From Obrimoposthia wandeli (lineage: Eukaryota), in NCBI GenBank assembly GCA_977020255.1, contig CDROCS010001089.1, positions 62,001 through 126,000 on the forward strand: DNA of 64,000 nucleotides, given 5' to 3'. Under the pieces are notes generated by a model. The model did not search any database, had not been told where the DNA came from, and saw only the letters and a list, made by a program, of their open reading frames with translations. The position numbers and the translations under genes are program-made. This document shows, piece after piece, positions 61,869 through 64,000 of this stretch (within the stretch, counting starts at the first letter, position 1; every line of letters starts with the position of its first letter).

Positions 61869-62534
61869 CTATTTGTTTTTAATTTTAGATTTAAGTTCTG
61901 CCAATTCTTGCTCAATTTCGTCATTGATAGCTAAATCAGCAATTTCTTCTGCTAAAGAGTGATTAGAGCGCCCCATGTCATAAGATTCAACTTCCGCTTC
62001 AATTTCTTCTAAACGCTGCTCATATTGCTCAAACTTATCAAATGCTTTATTCAATGTTTCACGGTTAGTACGCTTGCGAACTTCTAATCTTGAGCGTCCA
62101 GTTTGCTCTCTTACTAATAACTCTTTTTGCTTGGCGCGTGCAGCATCTAACTTAGATTGCAACTGGCCTATCTCATCGCTTAATAAGGCAATTTGTTCAT
62201 CAATGAAAGATAATTCAGCTTCGCCCGCTTCAACCGCTTCTTGCGCACGGCGTTTTTCAATAAGTGCACCTTTAGCTAAATCTTCGCGCCCTTTACTGAT
62301 CGCCAGCTCCGTTTTTTCCAACCAATTATGCGCATCTGCTTGTAGTGCTTTTACGCGGCGCTGAAGCTCCTTTTTATCGGCAATTATTTTTGCTGACGTG
62401 GTGCGTACTTCAACTAACGTATCTTCCATCTCCTGAATCATCAAGCGAATCATTTTTTTAGGATCTTCAGCGCGATCCAAAATTGAAGTTATATTGGCAT
62501 TTACGATATCTTGAAAACGTGAAAATATACCCAT
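61869..62534 (-). CDS. pspA: Phage shock protein A
   Basis: MGIFSRFQDIVNANITSILDRAEDPKKMIRLMIQEMEDTLVEVRT. Confidence 0.97.
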   Translation of the reverse strand: MGIFSRFQDIVNANITSILDRAEDPKKMIRLMIQEMEDTLVEVRTTSAKIIADKKELQRRVKALQADAHNWLEKTELAISKGREDLAKGALIEKRRAQEAVEAGEAELSFIDEQIALLSDEIGQLQSKLDAARAKQKELLVREQTGRSRLEVRKRTNRETLNKAFDKFEQYEQRLEEIEAEVESYDMGRSNHSLAEEIADLAINDEIEQELAELKSKIKNK

Positions 62535-62624
62535 GATGTAACCCTTCCTTTAATTATCTGTATTTTATCGAGTGTGTTGGATACTATTTTTAGCGACCTT
62601 AACACTGTAATTGATAATACTTAT

Positions 62625-62640
62625 TGCGATTACCGTGCCA
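62625..62640 (-). promoter_or_regulatory. sigma54 promoter of pspABC
   Basis: Minus strand TGGCAC-GGTAA-TCGCA; divergent pspF is the cognate activator. Confidence 0.8.
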
Positions 62641-62841
62641 ATTCTTAAATATCTTGTAAGCCACTGTTATATAACACTTAAATATATTTAGTTTTTTCCT
62701 ATTAGCTTTCATTGTAATAATAATAACTAATATATAGTTATATAAGCTAATTTATGGTTTTATTGACGATTTATAAATAATTGCCGTAAACGTAAATAGC
62801 ATAGCCATCTTATTAATAAACTGTCTTGGATGTGATCATCA

Positions 62842-63909
62842 ATGGAAAAGCAAACGATAATAGGTGAATCTGCTTTACTCGCTCAATCATTAGAGCATTT
62901 AAGCTTAGTTGCTCCGCTTAATAAGCCAGTATTGATTATTGGCGAGCGTGGCACAGGTAAGGAGCTCATTGCAGAGCGCTTGCACTTTCTTTCTAAGCGC
63001 TGGGAAAAGCCATTTCTCAAACTTAATTGCGCAGCTTTGAGTGAAAGCCTATTAGAATCCACTTTATTCGGCCATGAAGCCGGCGCATTTACAGGCGCAA
63101 TGAAAACCCATAAAGGCTATTTTGAACGCGCTAGTGAAGGCACTTTGTTTTTAGATGAACTTGGCACTATCTCTACACGCGTACAAGAAAAGCTATTAAG
63201 AGTGATTGAATATGGTGAGTTTGAGCGCGTAGGTGGCCAGCATACTATTCAAGCAGATGTGCGTATTGTAACCGCCACTAACGCAGATCTAATCGATTTA
63301 GCACAGCAAGGTAAATTCAGAGCAGACCTGCTTGATAGGCTTGCTTTCGATGTTATCAATTTACCACCGTTGCGCTTGCGCGCAGAGGACATCCTTATCT
63401 TAGCCGAGCATTTTGCGATTTCTATAAGCAGAGAATTAGGCCGAGAAGTGTTCATGGGTTTTAGTGCTGGTGCAACCAAAGCATTGCAGCAGTACCACTG
63501 GCCTGGCAACATTCGCGAGCTAAAAAACGTTGTACAACGCAGCGTATATCGCCAACAAACCCCCGATGCCTTGATAGAAAATATTATAATAAACCCTTTT
63601 GCCACTTTGTGGCCCAGCCAGCACCCTTTGAACAAAGCTGACTCGGCGAGCAGTGAGTTAGCAAACGAGAACTCTGTAAAAAAACAATTTCAACCTGCTT
63701 ACGAACATACAACATCTGGATTAGATTTAAAGCAACAAGTGCAAAATTTTGAGTGCCAGTTGATAAAAAATAGTTTGCAGAAGCACCATTATCAACAGAA
63801 AAATACCGCTGCAGCTTTAGGCATTACCTACCACCAGCTGCGCGCTTATTTAAGAAAGTATCCAGATTTACACAACAAGAACAGCTCGCTAGAATGCTTA
63901 TCTGAGTGA
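62842..63909 (+). CDS. pspF: sigma54 activator PspF
   Basis: GERGTGKELIA, LFGHEAGAFTGA, LFLDE, WPGNIRELKN, C-terminal HTH; no receiver domain; divergent from pspA. Confidence 0.95.
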   Translation: MEKQTIIGESALLAQSLEHLSLVAPLNKPVLIIGERGTGKELIAERLHFLSKRWEKPFLKLNCAALSESLLESTLFGHEAGAFTGAMKTHKGYFERASEGTLFLDELGTISTRVQEKLLRVIEYGEFERVGGQHTIQADVRIVTATNADLIDLAQQGKFRADLLDRLAFDVINLPPLRLRAEDILILAEHFAISISRELGREVFMGFSAGATKALQQYHWPGNIRELKNVVQRSVYRQQTPDALIENIIINPFATLWPSQHPLNKADSASSELANENSVKKQFQPAYEHTTSGLDLKQQVQNFECQLIKNSLQKHHYQQKNTAAALGITYHQLRAYLRKYPDLHNKNSSLECLSE

Positions 63910-64000
63910 CTTATTTGTGCGTATATTTTAAGCACTTAACTTTACGTATTTTCTTTTAAACACTCCTCCCAAAATTATAATTTACGGGCTGAAATGATAA

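Overview
64 kb of chromosomal DNA from a low-GC bacterium. The gene set (psp, cpx-like, TRAP dct, ubiK, yacL, glcB, serA) points to a marine gammaproteobacterium (inference). I found no rRNA, tRNA, CRISPR array, integrase or full-length transposase. The right half is mostly housekeeping, envelope-stress and transport genes: amt-glnK, cpxRA/P-like, dctPQM, serA, MscS, glcB, purU, nhaC, dbpA and pspFABC. The left half is accessory. The strongest candidate for an undescribed system is at 1-6379. There, a divergent locus pairs a GNAT acetyltransferase and a GAF/PAS (probably LuxR-type) regulator with a 1164-aa NLR-like NACHT NTPase (putative N-terminal HTH, HEAT repeats, degenerate TIR-like tail). 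The NACHT gene appears co-transcribed with a radical SAM enzyme resembling the archaeal archaeosine enzyme RaSEA (TIGR01210). Other notable items: a rearranged ter cluster with a reduced PRTase-HAD-StiP module; a ~170-nt multi-stem RNA-like element in front of it; an orphan Card1/DUF1887 CARF nuclease with no CRISPR or cyclase nearby; a small MITE-like repeat family (3 copies); two related heptamer tandem repeats; a 192-bp rod-like palindrome; and a shattered alpha/beta-hydrolase pseudogene carrying a 107-bp duplication. All family calls come from motif recognition by eye; no database searches were run.
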